64,000 nucleotides of DNA from contig OX597833.1 in the NCBI GenBank assembly GCA_951406725.2, forward strand, positions 7,130,001 to 7,194,000, read 5' to 3'. The position numbers and the translations under genes are program-made. Source of the DNA: Octopus vulgaris (lineage: Eukaryota). Shown piece by piece: positions 11,223 through 24,585 of this stretch. The notes below the pieces were generated by a model. The model was given only the letters and a program-made list of their open reading frames with translations, searched no databases and was not told the DNA's origin. The stretch's first letter is position 1; each line of letters begins with the position of its first letter.

Positions 11223-11998
11223 TTATCTATATATATACACACATAACGGGTTTCTTTCAGTTTCCTTCTACCAAATCCACTCACAAAGCTTTGGTCGGCC
11301 TGAGGTTATAATAGAAGACACTTGCCCAAGGTGCCACGCAGTGGGACTGAACCCAGAACCATGTGGTTAGGAAGCAATCTTCTTACCACACAGCCTCACC
11401 TGTGCGTATATATTCGAATTTTTAAAGACGCTATAGTGTTAAAGAACACAACATACTTCAAAGCTGCACAAGAGTGACAGATACCAAGAATATTTCATGG
11501 CTGTTCCCACTCCTCAGTGCTTTTGAAACAAATCAAGACAGCAGGACAGAAGTATGAATACACAGAGTATAAACTCTATTTGCTGATGTGCAAAAGCATC
11601 GCACAAGTAAAACAAAATTCAAGTTTTGCATTAGGAACAGCTCAATAATGTGAACATTATATCAGTATGACATACTTAATGTATGGTCCAAAACTGTACC
11701 AGAAGAAAAAAAGACAGAGGCAGGTGAAGGAACAACAAACAGGGTGGATTAGCTTGGCAGTTGGGAGAACTGGAAGCAGTCTTTGATGTTTTGAGCCTTT
11801 GCTCTTCTTCAGGAAGAGATGAGTAGAGAAAACAGATAGCGAAAGAAAAAAAACAAAAAATAAAGAGAAAAGAATGTGTCTGGATTAAGGGTTGCAATAT
11901 GTGTGTTAAATGCTGCAAAGCTGAAGGATTTCATATTAGGGAGATCCCTTTAAAAACATTTGGTGTCAAAAAGATATTTTTATTCTTTAGCATTTTAC

Positions 11999-12148
11999 CT
12001 GAAAATCGGATGATTATCTTGGAGCGTTTTTCATTAAGACCAAGTGGAGTTATCAAACGTGCTATTTCTTGCCAATTAGCTTTTCTTGTGGTATCAGCAT
12101 CAGGGTAGAGATCAAAGAATTTCCACAACAAAGGAATCGCAGCTTTGC
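11999..12148 (-). CDS. MBD4: MBD4-like exon 5
   Basis: GKAAIPLLWKFFDLYPDADTTRKANWQEIARLITPLGLNEKRSKIIIRFS. Phase 1-1 with canonical splice sites. Confidence 0.95.
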
Positions 12149-12858
12149 CTGGACAGGAAATATTAAAATAACAGCTTAATATATATCAAATATCACACGA
12201 GAGAGCAATATGATGTCATAATACATATAATACACATAGCATATTGTATATTACATTATCACATGGCTGACCAAACCATTGGACATTGTTATACACCACT
12301 GGTCACAATGCACTTGGTATCATTTTAGTGTTTGAATGATGACACCCTGCTGGCAAGGCAAGCAATGATTGAGTCCCCACCCGTGATCATTTTTGCCACC
12401 TGAGTGGACTGAAGCAAAGTGAAATAAGGTGTCTTGTTCAATGGCACAAAGTGCAACCAGGAATTGAACCCATGGCTTCACAATCACAAGCCTAACCACT
12501 AAGCCGTGCACCCTCACAATAGAACATTAGCTACAGAATAAAACCATTACCACTTGCCTAACTTCACTAGCACCACACCAATGGCATTCTCAGATATGCA
12601 AGGATTTTCTACCGCAGCCTGTATGTTCCTGAAGGGACAAAGCCTTGTTCTTTTTTTTAGTACAAAACTGTGATTCCAGTCGCTTGGGCCCAATCAACTT
12701 TGAAAGGTTAATTTGATTTCAGTCAAAACTAACAGAACAGGGGCTAAAACAAGCAAAGATTTTGTTTTTCTTCGACAATATGAAATAGTAAAAGACACGC
12801 AAGTGCGAGGTGACAAAAGGTTCAACTGTCAATAAGAAATAAAGTTTAGACATCATAC

Positions 12859-13071
12859 CTGTAGTTTTATTTAGGAATATCGTAGCAATCAATAATTTCC
12901 ATGGGTCGTGAAAGAGACTTTCTTGGACAAGGCAGAATGGCGATTTCGGGGGTGTCCATTTTGTTTGACTGAGAATTCGAGGCTGGGCCAAAGACGTCAT
13001 TTTGTCATCTTTCTTCTGGAAATATTTACTTTTCTGCAGGGATTTTGGACTTTTGGGCTTTGATTTAGTTT
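12859..13071 (-). CDS. MBD4: MBD4-like exon 4 (start of the glycosylase domain)
   Basis: ...SKYFQKK...[34 protein letters not shown], the MBD4 signature [27 protein letters not shown]. Confidence 0.95.
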
Positions 13072-13457
13072 CTGTAATAAGGAGATAAAAATATATTTTA
13101 TTTCTTTTTGCTTGATCAATAAGGGAGCATGACCATAGCCTTTACTAAACTAGCCATACACCCATAACTTTCATTAAAGTACCCTGGACTCTTCCCTAAA
13201 ATACTTGGTATATTTATAAGCTTCACTTAACTACCCAGGGTACTGCATAACCTTCATTAAGTCACCCCTGTATGCCAGTCTTCACTGAACTTCCCAAAGT
13301 ACTGATAACCACACACACACACATATATATGAGTGTATATATTTATTTGCATGAGTGTGTGTGTGTCTCCTTGTCTTGACACCATGTGACAGTTGTAAAT
13401 GAGTGTCACTGTCATACAAGCAGTGTCCTTCATTTCCAATATTCTGTGAGAACAGGA

Positions 13458-13860
13458 TTGGCTGTGTGGTAAGTAGCTTGCTAACCAACCACATGGTTCT
13501 GGGTTCAGTCCCACTGCGTGGCATCTTGGGCAAGTGTCTTCTGCTATAGCCCCGGGCCGACCAATGCCTTGTGAGTGGATTTGGCAGGCGGAAACTGAAA
13601 GAAGCCTGTTGTATATATGTATATATATATATATGTGTATGTGTGTGTGTGTTGTGTGTTTGTGTTTGTCCCCCTAGCATTGCTTGACAACCGATGCTGG
13701 TGTGTTTATGTCCTCGGCACTTAGCGGTTCGGCAAAAAAGAGACCGATAGAATAAGTACAGGGCTTACAAAGAATAAGTCCCGGGGTCGATTTGCTCGAC
13801 TAAAGGTGGTGCTCCAGCATGGCCGCAGTCAAATGACTGAAACAAGTAAAAGAGAGAGTA
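13458..13860 (+). mobile_element. SINE family A, near full length
   Basis: Same head, body and tail as 7904-8295, in plus orientation. Confidence 0.85.
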
Positions 13861-15844
13861 GAGAGTATGTCTAGCCACGGGGTCCTATCACCTTACTTGG
13901 AAACAGGTGAGGATTGATGACCAGAAGGGAAAATCGGTCTTTAGAGAATCTTCCTCATTAAACTCTGTCCAACTCTTGCAAGCATGGAACAGTGAACATT
14001 AAAATTATATGTATATGAGATGGGTAGACCAGTCCATATGTATGGAAGTAGTGATAGGCTGTCCAGTGCATCATGATGGACTGATCCATATGTAATTGGA
14101 GGTAGTAATAGATTATTCAACATAGGCCGATGCCAGTGCCGCCTCGACTGGCTTTTGTGCCGGTAGCACGTAAAATGCACCAATCCGATCGTGGCCGTTG
14201 CCAGCCTCGCCTGGCACCTGTGCAGATGGCACATAAAAACCACCCACTACACTCACGGAGTGGTTGGCGTTAGGAAGGGCATCCAGCTGTAGAAACACTG
14301 CCAGATCAGACTGGAGCCTGGTGCAGCCTTCTGGCTTCCCAGATCCCCAGTCGAACCGTCCAACCCATGCTAGCATGGAAAGCGGACGTTAAATGATGAT
14401 GATGATGATGATGTTTGACAAGTGGATTGTTCCATATATAAGTATGGAGGTGGTGAAGCCTACTTGTACATCTTATGTAGTCCAACATCTGTTCAAATTA
14501 TTGTTCATCAATGGATATTGAGTGAAGGTTGTCACTCATTACAATCGCTCATACTCCACTGAGTGGAGTAAACCATTCTGCTTCTTTGAGTGAAATGGAG
14601 AGATTGAACTTCTGTTGGGGATACAACAACATTATGATGATACTCTTTTTTTAACTCTTTTACTTGTTTCAGTTATTTGACTGTGGCCATGCTGGAGTCC
14701 CACCTTTATTGAAGCAAATCGACCCCAGGACTTATTCTTTGTAAGCCTAGTACTTATTCTATCGGTCTCTTTTGCTGAACTGCTAAGTTACGGGAACGTA
14801 AACACACCAGCATCGGTTGTCAAGCGATGTTGGGGGGACAAACACACACACACATATATACATATATATGATGGGCTACTTTCAGTTTCCGTCTACCAAA
14901 TCCACCCACCAAGCTATAGAAGACACTTGCCCAAAGTGCCATGCAGTGGGACTGAACCCAGAACCATGTGGTTTGGTAAACAAGCTACTTACCACACAGC
15001 CACTCCTGATGATGATGATGATGATGTCTGCAGGTTTTTTAATCATCATCATCAACAGCATGGCACTGGATTGGCAGAACCGTTTGGGTGTTGGCAAAAT
15101 TCTGTGTGGTGTTTTTTCTGACTCTCTACATTCTTGCTGAAATCAACTTTGCCTTTCTGGGGCCAATATAATAAAGTACCATTCCAGTTTTGGAGTATCA
15201 CCAATTACATCTTCCCCTCCAAAATTGCTGGTCTTCAACCAAACTTTAGAACAATTATCATCATTGTTACTTGAGCTGGTGGAACGGTTAGCGCTTCACA
15301 CAAACTTCAGAAACATTTTTTTTTTAAAGCTTTTCATATTCTAAGTTCAAATTCTACTGTGGCCAACTTTATTATTCATGTTTTTGGGGTCAATAAAATA
15401 AAGTACCAGTCGAGTACCCGGGTCAATGTAGTCAACTAGCTCTACCCACTAGAATTTCTGGTATTGTGCCAAAATGTGAACCCATTAATATTAGGATTAT
15501 TATTTTTAGTAGTAGTAGCAGCAGTGTTGTATTGCTGAAGACTACATCTTTGGATTCATTTGTACCAGTAGCATCTTTTCATTCCCCTCCAGGGCCGTCT
15601 TAGGCAGGGCTTTGTAGAGGAAAACAGGATATGAAGAGGCCAGAACGAATGAGGAGTGTCAAGTGAGATGATACACAAGATGAGAAACCTCAACATGGCT
15701 AATTGATCTGCTAGACAGAGCAGCCAAATCTCCTTTCAATCACACCCTACTCACTTATGGAAGCATAAATAAACCGTGGATAATGTAGTCCTGGATGCAT
15801 TCTCTTTGAAAATTAAGAGCATTGGTCACGGTTGGTACATGGAC

Positions 15845-16213
15845 TGGAAGCACTCCGTCGGTTACGACGATGAGGGTTCCGGTTGATCCGACCAACGGAA
15901 CAGCCTGCTCGTGAAATTAACGTGTAAGTGGCTGAGCACTCCACAGACACGTGTACTCTTAACGTACTTCTCGGGGATATTCAGCGTGACACAGAGAGTG
16001 ACAAGGCCGGCCCTTTGAAATACAGGTACAACAGAAACAGGAAGTAAGAGTGAGAGAAAGTTGTGGTGAAAGAGTACAGCAGGGATCACCACCATCCCCT
16101 GTCGGAGCCTCGTGGAGCTTTAGGTGTTTCCGCTCAATAAACACTCACAACGCCCGGCCTGGGAATCGAAACCGCGAGTCCGCTGCCCTAACCACTGGGC
16201 CATTGCGCCTCCA
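15845..16213 (-). mobile_element. tRNA-derived SINE family D
   Basis: Minus-strand head ggaggcgcaatggcccagtggttagggcagcggactcgcggtttcgattccc has tRNA-like A/B boxes. Related copies at ~3230-3465(+), 10730-11010(+), 33820-34105(-). Confidence 0.8.
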
Positions 16214-16816
16214 CAGGTTGGTACATACATCAGACCCGACCTAAAGTTCGACAGCAGACCAAAAAAAAAAAAAAAAATACAAAACTATGAAGTCTTACAT
16301 GGGAGGTAACTCCGATAGACAATATTTTTCATTACTTCCCTTGATTTTTATTTTTTATATTTCTCAAGAATTTGTAAAAAAGAAAAAAAAATTATGAATC
16401 TGATTCCAGAAATATTTTTTTCACAGGTGTCAAGTGACAGAAACGTAACAAAGAAGTTATAAACTTTCCAGAGACCATGAAATAATTCTTTTTTGGAAGA
16501 TCTGATCTCGAAGCACAAAAGAAGCTACAAATAATGGCATCGAAATATTGGGTAGAAAACCCCTTTTGCAAAGAAAATGTCAAAGGCAGCCCCATGGGAC
16601 ACAATCCTACATCTCCAGGCATGCAGTTACATCTTGGTGTCATTCTGTCATTAAAAACTCAGAACATTTCTATTTCTCTTCTTTCAAAATGGTTCGTGAT
16701 ATTTCTTTGAGCACTTGACTCAGAGTTCTAACCCTACCAGAACAACTTAGACATTCATTCCTCCAAGGCTGATAAAATATAGTACCAGTCATATACCAAG
16801 GTAGACGATATTCATT

Positions 16817-17392
16817 AATACCTATTTCTTTACTACCCACAAGGGGCTAAACACAGAGGGGACAAACAAGGACAGACATAGGTATTAAGTCGATTACATC
16901 GACCCCAGTGCATAACTGGTACTTAATTTATCGACACCCGAAAGGATGAAAGGCAAAGTCGACCTCGGCGGAATTTGAACTCAGAATGTAACGGCAGACG
17001 AAATACCTATTTCTTTATTACCCACAAGGGGCTAAACAAGGACAGACATAGGTATTAAGTCAATTACATCGACCCCAGTGCATAACTGGTACTTAATTTA
17101 TCGACACCCGAAAGGATGAAAGGCAAAGTCGACCTCGGCGGAATTTGAACTCAGAATGTAACGGCAGACGAAATACCTATTTCTTTATTACCCACAAGGG
17201 GCTAAACAAGGACAGACATAGGTATTAAGTCAATTACATCGACCCCAGTGCATAACTGGTACTTAATTTATCGACTCCGAAAGGATGAAAGGCAAAGTCG
17301 ACCTCGGCGGAATTTGAACTCAGAACGTAGCGACAGACGAAATTCCGCTAAGCATTTCGCCCGGTGTGCTAACGTTTCTGCCAGCTCGCTGT
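16817..17392 (-). mobile_element. Head-to-tail trimer of tRNA-derived SINE family C
   Basis: Three units start at 16817, 17002 and 17172. Only the last carries the full head (gcgagctggcagaaacgttagcac...gagttcaaattcc). Other copies at ~15060-15490, 22835-22970, 37660-37865, 44779-45200. Confidence 0.8.
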
Positions 17393-19624
17393 CGTGTTAT
17401 TCATTAATACCCTTCCCCTCAAAACTGCTAGTTAACTAGGTACTTAACTTACCAGCTAACTAATTAACAGTACAATTAATTAGATCAATCCACACATGAT
17501 TTCATATCAAGAATATTGCTTCTCTCACTCTGTCTTCATTTAATTACATTTATTTATAAATGACTTCTCCATTGAAGGTGGACATGTTGATATCTGAATA
17601 ACATAGCCACAGGTTGGCTACAACAAACAGAAGAAATAGAACTAAAATACACGAAAACCATCATCATCATCATCTAACGTCTGTTTTCCATGCTGGCATG
17701 GGTTGGACGGTTTGACTGAAGCTGGCAAACCAGAGAAATGCAACAAGCTTCAATTGCCCATTCTGGTGGGGTTACTATAGCTGGATGCCCTTCCTAACAC
17801 CAACCACTCCGAGAGTGTAGTGGGTGCTTTTATATGCCACCAGCACGAGGGCCAGTTAGGTGGTACTGGCAATAGCCATGCTCAAATGGTGCTTTTTACG
17901 TGCCACCTGCACAGGAGCCAGTCCAGCGGCACTGGCAATGACCTCGCTCGAATGTTTTTTCACGTGCCCCCAGCACAAGTGCTAGTAACGAGACGCAGGT
18001 AACAATCACGCTCGAATGGTGTTTTTAACGTGCCATCGGCATGGAGGCCAGCTTATTGCTCTGGCATTAAAATCACTGTGTATAACACTTGAGGTATATA
18101 CACCATAAAACACCTCTTCATTGACTTGTGCTGAAAACAATATATACTGAAGCAACATCATCCCAGATATAATTCACAACACTGAAGCCATTCCATGATG
18201 TAGATAATGTATAATACACAGATGGCAAGTTTAATTTACAGTTGTTTCAATTGTATACACTTTAAATTATCAGAGACTCACAACAGTGACTCAAGGGCCA
18301 GGGGCTTCATGCATGACCCACATCAAACAGACTTCAAATATAACAACTTATTTTATATTGTGTGATTTATAATTATAACAGACAAGCTCCCGGATTTGAA
18401 GTCTCAACCCCAGGGGTTCTTTTGTAACTTTCTTCCAATGAAAAATAATCAAAAATATATCCCTGTATAAAATAGGATCTATGAAGAAGATCAAGTTTAT
18501 TCGATAGCAAAATGAGTGGTTACGGCTAAGTCAAAAGGATATTTCACCTGTATTTGGTATTCCGTAAATCCAGAAAGATCCAAGGATTTATTAGAACATT
18601 TAACACAGCATAAAATAGTAACAAAGTTGTATCAATAGAATAATCTGGGTATTATTATACAGGTTTTAGTAGCAAAAATGTATTCCTTTTCATTCAGAAT
18701 CGAAATCGATCAATGAAAAGTGCAACTGAGATACCCGTGCCAGTGGCACGTAAGAGAACCATCCGAACGTGGCCGTTGCCAGCGCCGCCCCAACTGGCCT
18801 CGTGCCGGTGGCACGTAAAAAGCACCATCTGTTCGTGGCCATTGCCAGCCTCGACTGGCCCCCGTGCCGGTGGCACATAAAAAGCACCATCCGATCGTGG
18901 CCGTTTGCCAGACTCGTCTGGCACATAAAAAGCACTCACGGAGTGATTGGCGTTAGGAAGGGCATCCAGCTGTAGAAACATTGCCAGATAAGATTGGGCC
19001 TGGTGCAGCCTTCTGGCTTCCCAGACCCCAGGTTGAACCGTCCAACCCATGCCAGCATGGAAAGCGGACGCTAAACGATGATGATGATAATTGTACCATA
19101 AAACTTGGCATGTGTTGCCATAATGCCACTGGCACATACCACCCAGTTAAGCTCTAATGAAGTATTACCTGACAATGGTATGTAAACATGTTAATACATA
19201 ATCTTCTATAATCCCACATGTTATTGCTTGTTAAGTTGTATGACACATGTTGACAATAATAAATTTGGTGCTATGCAAACACCTACATTATCCATTTCTT
19301 TCACCTTTATTACTGTATATGTGTGTATACAAGCACACATACACATACACACACACACATATATATATTGTTAAATGCTCGAAATACGAGAGTTAAAAAA
19401 CAGCCAACAACTGATGAAGGGACAATTTTTCTTGTGTTGTTTGTCTTGTTTTCCATTTGTGTCTTTCATTGTTTGAAAAAATAATTCATATTCCATGTAT
19501 TCGTACTTCATATTTTTTGTTGTACACGTTTCGTGACGTCCTGTGCCCTCATATGCATATATATACATACATATAAATGTACATATACGTATGTATATAT
19601 GCATATATATATACTATTATATAC

Positions 19625-19655
<31 letters not shown>

Positions 19656-20042
19656 CACACGTGTGTGTGGTATTTTGTTAAAGCTGGAAGACACTTCATA
19701 AACTGTTTTTCCAGCTTTAAAACAGTATTTTACTCTACCTTTGGTATTTGAGTACTATCCTTCTCCACCTTGTTTTGCATCTTTGCATTTACTTGTGTAT
19801 AAATGTGAGACTAAGAACTTGGTGTAAGACTCAGTCTATGTAAGTTTCAAAAGAAAGTATTAGCTGAGTATAGAGCAGTAATAAGAAAGAGATGACAAAG
19901 GAATAAAGGATTCTCTTATGAAATTCATTTGTTCACAGCTGTTTCTGCATGTCATAGCAGAAACAGCAGTGAACAAATAAAGTTCGTAAGACAACCATTT
20001 ATTCTTTTGTCATCTCTTCATATATGTGTGTGTGTGTATGTG

Positions 20043-20076
<34 letters not shown>

Positions 20077-20079
<3 letters not shown>

Positions 20080-20615
20080 ATATATAAAACTGAAATGCGT
20101 TTTTACCGCTTGGTTCGCTTTCAATGCCACTACATCCCGTCCGATTCGCTCCAAAATTTACAGGGACATGTAGAATGAGGTGACGATGCGCGTGGGCTAC
20201 CTTACAAATCCCTATCTTAAAAGGTGTGGTTGCTAGGGGCCATCTTCCTACCTCACCCTATTTCCTCCAGTACTCTGTCACTCCTCTTCATTTGACAATG
20301 CAACTACCGTTATTTAATGTAAAGTCTTCCTCAAATCACTCTGTAGCTATTTACTCTCTTCCAAGAACATTTTCACTCACTCTATCTCTTACCTTCCTAT
20401 ACATTTTACTCATGTATCTCTCAGCGTTCATGGACAGTAACAAATATTACTCGCCATCCCCATCCCCATCGCATTCTATTGTCTACCTGTCAACACACAC
20501 ACACATATATTCATATATCTAATATTATATTTTTATTTTTATGTTTTTGTTTTTGGTTTTTTACTGTTTCATTTCCCTATTAGTGGTTTTATCTCTAATT
20601 TAATTTCTACAGCGT

Positions 20616-20661
<46 letters not shown>

Positions 20662-22169
20662 GTAGCCCCAGTACACCCGAATGAAATCGGGTTCTCTTCA
20701 TCAAAATGTGAAAAGGGGTCTACAATTATCATCGCCACAACTTATGTATGTCTTCCTCACTCACTCACTCTTTTTCCTAATGATAATTATCATCGCCACC
20801 ACCAACACCCAATCTGGACAATCTTTCTCTTATAACAAATCATGTTTACATTGCAACGACGTCTGCCACCTCCGCCGTCTCTATTTATTCTGCAAATGAC
20901 CAGAACTCGGGAAACTTAGTTTAGTGTTCTATGGTCTATGACCAGAACTCGGGAAACTTGGTTGAGTGTTCTATGGTCTATGACCAGAACTCGGGAAACT
21001 TGCTTGACTGTTCTATGGTCTATGACCAGAAATCGGGAAACTTGGTTGAGTGTTCTATGGTCTATGACCAGAACTTGGGAAACTTGGTTGAGCCCTCATC
21101 TTATAAAATGTGGCCCCAGTAGACCCAAATTAAATCGGGTTATATTAACCAAAAGGTGAAAAGGGGTATAAATGGGGCTGGAAGGGGATTAAAATTTAAA
21201 GGAGCGGGTGTTTAGCAATTCTCTGTTACATCAAGCTAAAAAATTTGCTCCAGCCTTTTAATCGTCAATGTGTTGCCGTCCATGATGAAGAAGTTTTGAA
21301 TGCTTGCCATCGTGAGTCTACTGTCGTGAGAAAGAATCAAGTCAAAACTTGGTTTTTAGGGATTTTCTTTTACATCAAGTTCAAACTTTTACGCCAGCCG
21401 TTGAACTGTCAATACGTTGCTGTCCGTCGTTAAGAAATGCCAGCCATGGTGACTCTACTATCCTCAAATTCTATCCCTTCAAACTTTGGTTTCCAATATT
21501 TTATTATTTTTATTCAGCTCGCAAGTTCGTCTGTCCCTTTTAAATGTTAGTGTTTTGCTGTCTGTCTTCAAGCAGACCTTTCCTTTGTAACTGCCTGATA
21601 TTTATGATTGATCTTTCTAAATATTTTATTTCTCAACTTACTCAAGATCTTTTGTTGTTTATAAATGGGAGAGAGATACATAAAGATAGAGAGTAAGAGA
21701 AAGCGAGGGAGAGTCCGAGAGAAAGGAAGAGTAAGAGAGTGGGAAAGTGAGAGAGAAAGGAGAAAGAAACAAAGAGGGAGAATCATCATCATCATCATCA
21801 TCATCATCGTTTAACGTCCGTTTTCCGTGCTAGCACGGGTTGGACAGTTTGACAGGGGTCTGGGAAGCCAGGAGGCTGCACCAGGCTCCAGTCTGATCTG
21901 GCAGTGTTTCGACAGGTGGATGCCCTTCCTAACGCCAATCACTCTGTGAGCGTAGTGGGTGCTTTTTTCGTGCCGCCTGCACAGGTGCCAGGGGGGCTGG
22001 CAGCGGCCACGATCGGTTGGTGCTTTTTACGTGCCACCAGCACAGAAGCCAGTCAAGGCGGCGCTGCAATCCGCCACGTTCGGATGGTGCTTTTTACATG
22101 CTGAAAGGAAGCAACAGAAAGTAACAACCACACTCTTACCCGCGCGTAGAGCGGGTCACCTTCAGCTAG
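20077..22169 (+). mobile_element. Non-autonomous Helitron
   Basis: A|TCTATATATAAAA 5' end at 20077. The 3' GC hairpin acccgc-gcgtaga-gcgggt (22138-22156) lies 9 nt before CTAG|T (22166-22169). No TSD; inserted at A^T in (TA)n. Confidence 0.75.
20898..21092. repeat. 42-bp minisatellite (~4.6 units) inside the Helitron
   Basis: Unit gaccagaactcgggaaacttggttgagtgttctatggtctat. Confidence 0.9.
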
Positions 22170-22204
<35 letters not shown>

Positions 22205-24261
22205 AAGTTTTTACCTACCAATTTTCATTCACAAGAATTAGCCTGAAGTTAAAATAAAAAAAAACTTCTCCCCACCGTGTTCATGCAATGGAAATGAACT
22301 CACAACCACACAGTTGGACCATGCAGTCATGCCTGCATCGCAGATCATATAGGTAGAAATGTAAATAAATAAACAAAAATAACCAAAAATAAAATAAAGG
22401 ATAATAATTTTATTAAATAAACAAATAATATATAAATATGAAAAATAAATTTAAAATATAATAAAATTATCAACAAAAATAATTATTTTTATTATTAAAT
22501 ATGATAGATAATTTGTTCAGGCACACTAGCTCAGATTTATAGAAGAGGAAGAATGCGAAGTGGTGACAGCCATGCCTTTCCCAAAAGTACAGAGTGTATA
22601 TATATGTGTGTGAAACAATGGCACCGGTGAATTATACAAAAAAAAATTAAGATACAAAATGCTTTATGAAAGCATAAATACCAACAATATAATGGGGGTA
22701 GACTTAATAATTAAGATGTCCTAGGGGCTCCCTTATAGGATCATATAAGTAACAGTTAAGTAGTGAGGCAGATAAAGCAACCCAGATTTATCATCTTTTC
22801 TCCTACAGGTAAAAAACCTGGAATTTGAGGGTGGCGGGGGTTAATTGATTACATCGACCCCAGGACTTGACTCATACTTATTTTATCAACCCCCTAAAAG
22901 GATGAAAGGCAAAGTTGACCTCGGTGGAATTTGAACCCTGAATGTAAAGATTGACAAAATACTGCTTGCCACCTTACGTGAATGGAATTATAATAGACAG
23001 CCAAGACTACCTAGGGGCTCCCTCACCGGTTTGTATGAATAACAGTTAAGTACTGAGGTTGATTTAATATTCCAATCAATCAATTTAGATTTAAAAGCAA
23101 TGATAAGAGAAATCAAAGACAATTCAGGGACTCCCTCACTGGGTAAAAAAAAAATCACAGTTAAGTACTGGGGTAGATCCACTATCCCTACAAATTATCC
23201 TGGATTTGAATACAAAATACATTAGAATTATATCCAACATGGCCCATGACTCGTATCAAAACACTACCGCCTCCACTAGACATGAGTGGCACTCAACTGG
23301 AGATCTCAAAGTCACTCCAAATACCAGGCAACACGATAACCAAGGATCTCACCAGGCAAAAACTCAATCTCAAAGACTGGTCCTTCTCTTCAGAGCCAGA
23401 AAATATACCCACCACCACCACCACAATAGCTGTTGGCCTTCAAAGTGACTCGAATGAGGCCCACATGTAGACATCCCAGATTGTATCAAGAGAAGGGCCA
23501 CTCAATTAATTAGAATCATTAACAGTTACACTCCAGCTTCTGATCCACACGGGTAACGTCTCTTCTTTCTGTCTTTTTTTTCACAACTATAATGTCCTCT
23601 CTTGACCAGAGCCGGCTGCTCTTATATGGCCACCACTCAAGCATCCTTGTTCCACTCATTTTTCTCATCTCCCATCACTGTGCAAAACTCCCTCTCTCCC
23701 TTCTCTGGCCCAGCATCGACCACTCTAACCAATCCTTTCTCCCCCAGGATATCATCCCTCTGGAATCTTGCAAAGGTCTTTCCAGCAAGTGTTCACCAAT
23801 AACATTATAATCAAAACACTAACAACTTCCAGCTCACCAGTCTTGGACGACCCACAAAGGTCACGGAGAATAACAGATAAAAAACTTGTAAAGAGGTTTT
23901 TACAGGCTTTATCAGATGTGGTGGCATTCATGACCCTTTTTAGGGTCTCTGAGTTTGGCAAGAAGAAAGAAAGACAATACTCCCGAGAGTGAACAAGCAA
24001 CACAAAAGTCTGTAACAGACCATAATCACCTAAAGACAACCAACAGCCAGGTGACACAGATTACATGTTCTACCTTTAACGAAGACCAATTCTATTGATA
24101 AGTTTATAATTTGCATCTACTGAATACTCTCCAGAAGATCTAAGATATTGGAAGGAAAGAGTAAGGAGAAAGAGGACATAACCCAAATACATGTTGCGTC
24201 GCCAGCAAATGGTTCTATTTTCTTGTAGCAATTCAAAGCACCATTCCTTCATCTCCAGCAT

Positions 24262-24585
24262 CATTTAACATCCAGCTCCCATGACTTTCGGAAACATTTT
24301 TTCACGCTAAGAGTTGCTGAAACATGGAACAAACTGCCAGCATCAGTTGTTAGTTGTCGGAGCACTGCATCCTTCAAAACTTCCATGCTTTCCTGAGATT
24401 CGCCAACACTACACCTGATTTTCTCCCCTCCATACACACACAAGCTTGTATCTGACTCGTACACTGTTCACTTCCCAGACATTTGTACATTACTGCATAT
24501 ACTCTATACACACTTTCTGACAAGTTGTGGTGCACCTGAGCACTGTATACAATGATTTAAATTTCATTATTATTATTATTATTAT
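24262..24585 (+). mobile_element. CR1/L2-type LINE 3' end fragment
   Basis: Reads SHDFRKHFFTLRVAETWNKLPASVV, followed by a 3' UTR and an (ATT)n tail. Confidence 0.7.

Noticed and set aside
16392-16643. 83-aa ORF in MBD4 intron 3 as a possible extra exon
   Set aside because: No recognisable homology, and exons 3 and 4 already join in phase to give a normal-length MBD4.
18233-18450. Decayed hammerhead (CUGAUAA...GAAA caacug UA) with possible GIY-YIG C-terminal residues upstream on minus
   Set aside because: The core is mutated, the stems are poor and the peptide similarity is too weak to call. Kept only as weak support for the main finding.
20898-21092. Regular repeats as a CRISPR-like array
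   Set aside because: The units are contiguous with no unique spacers and the context is eukaryotic, so this is a minisatellite.
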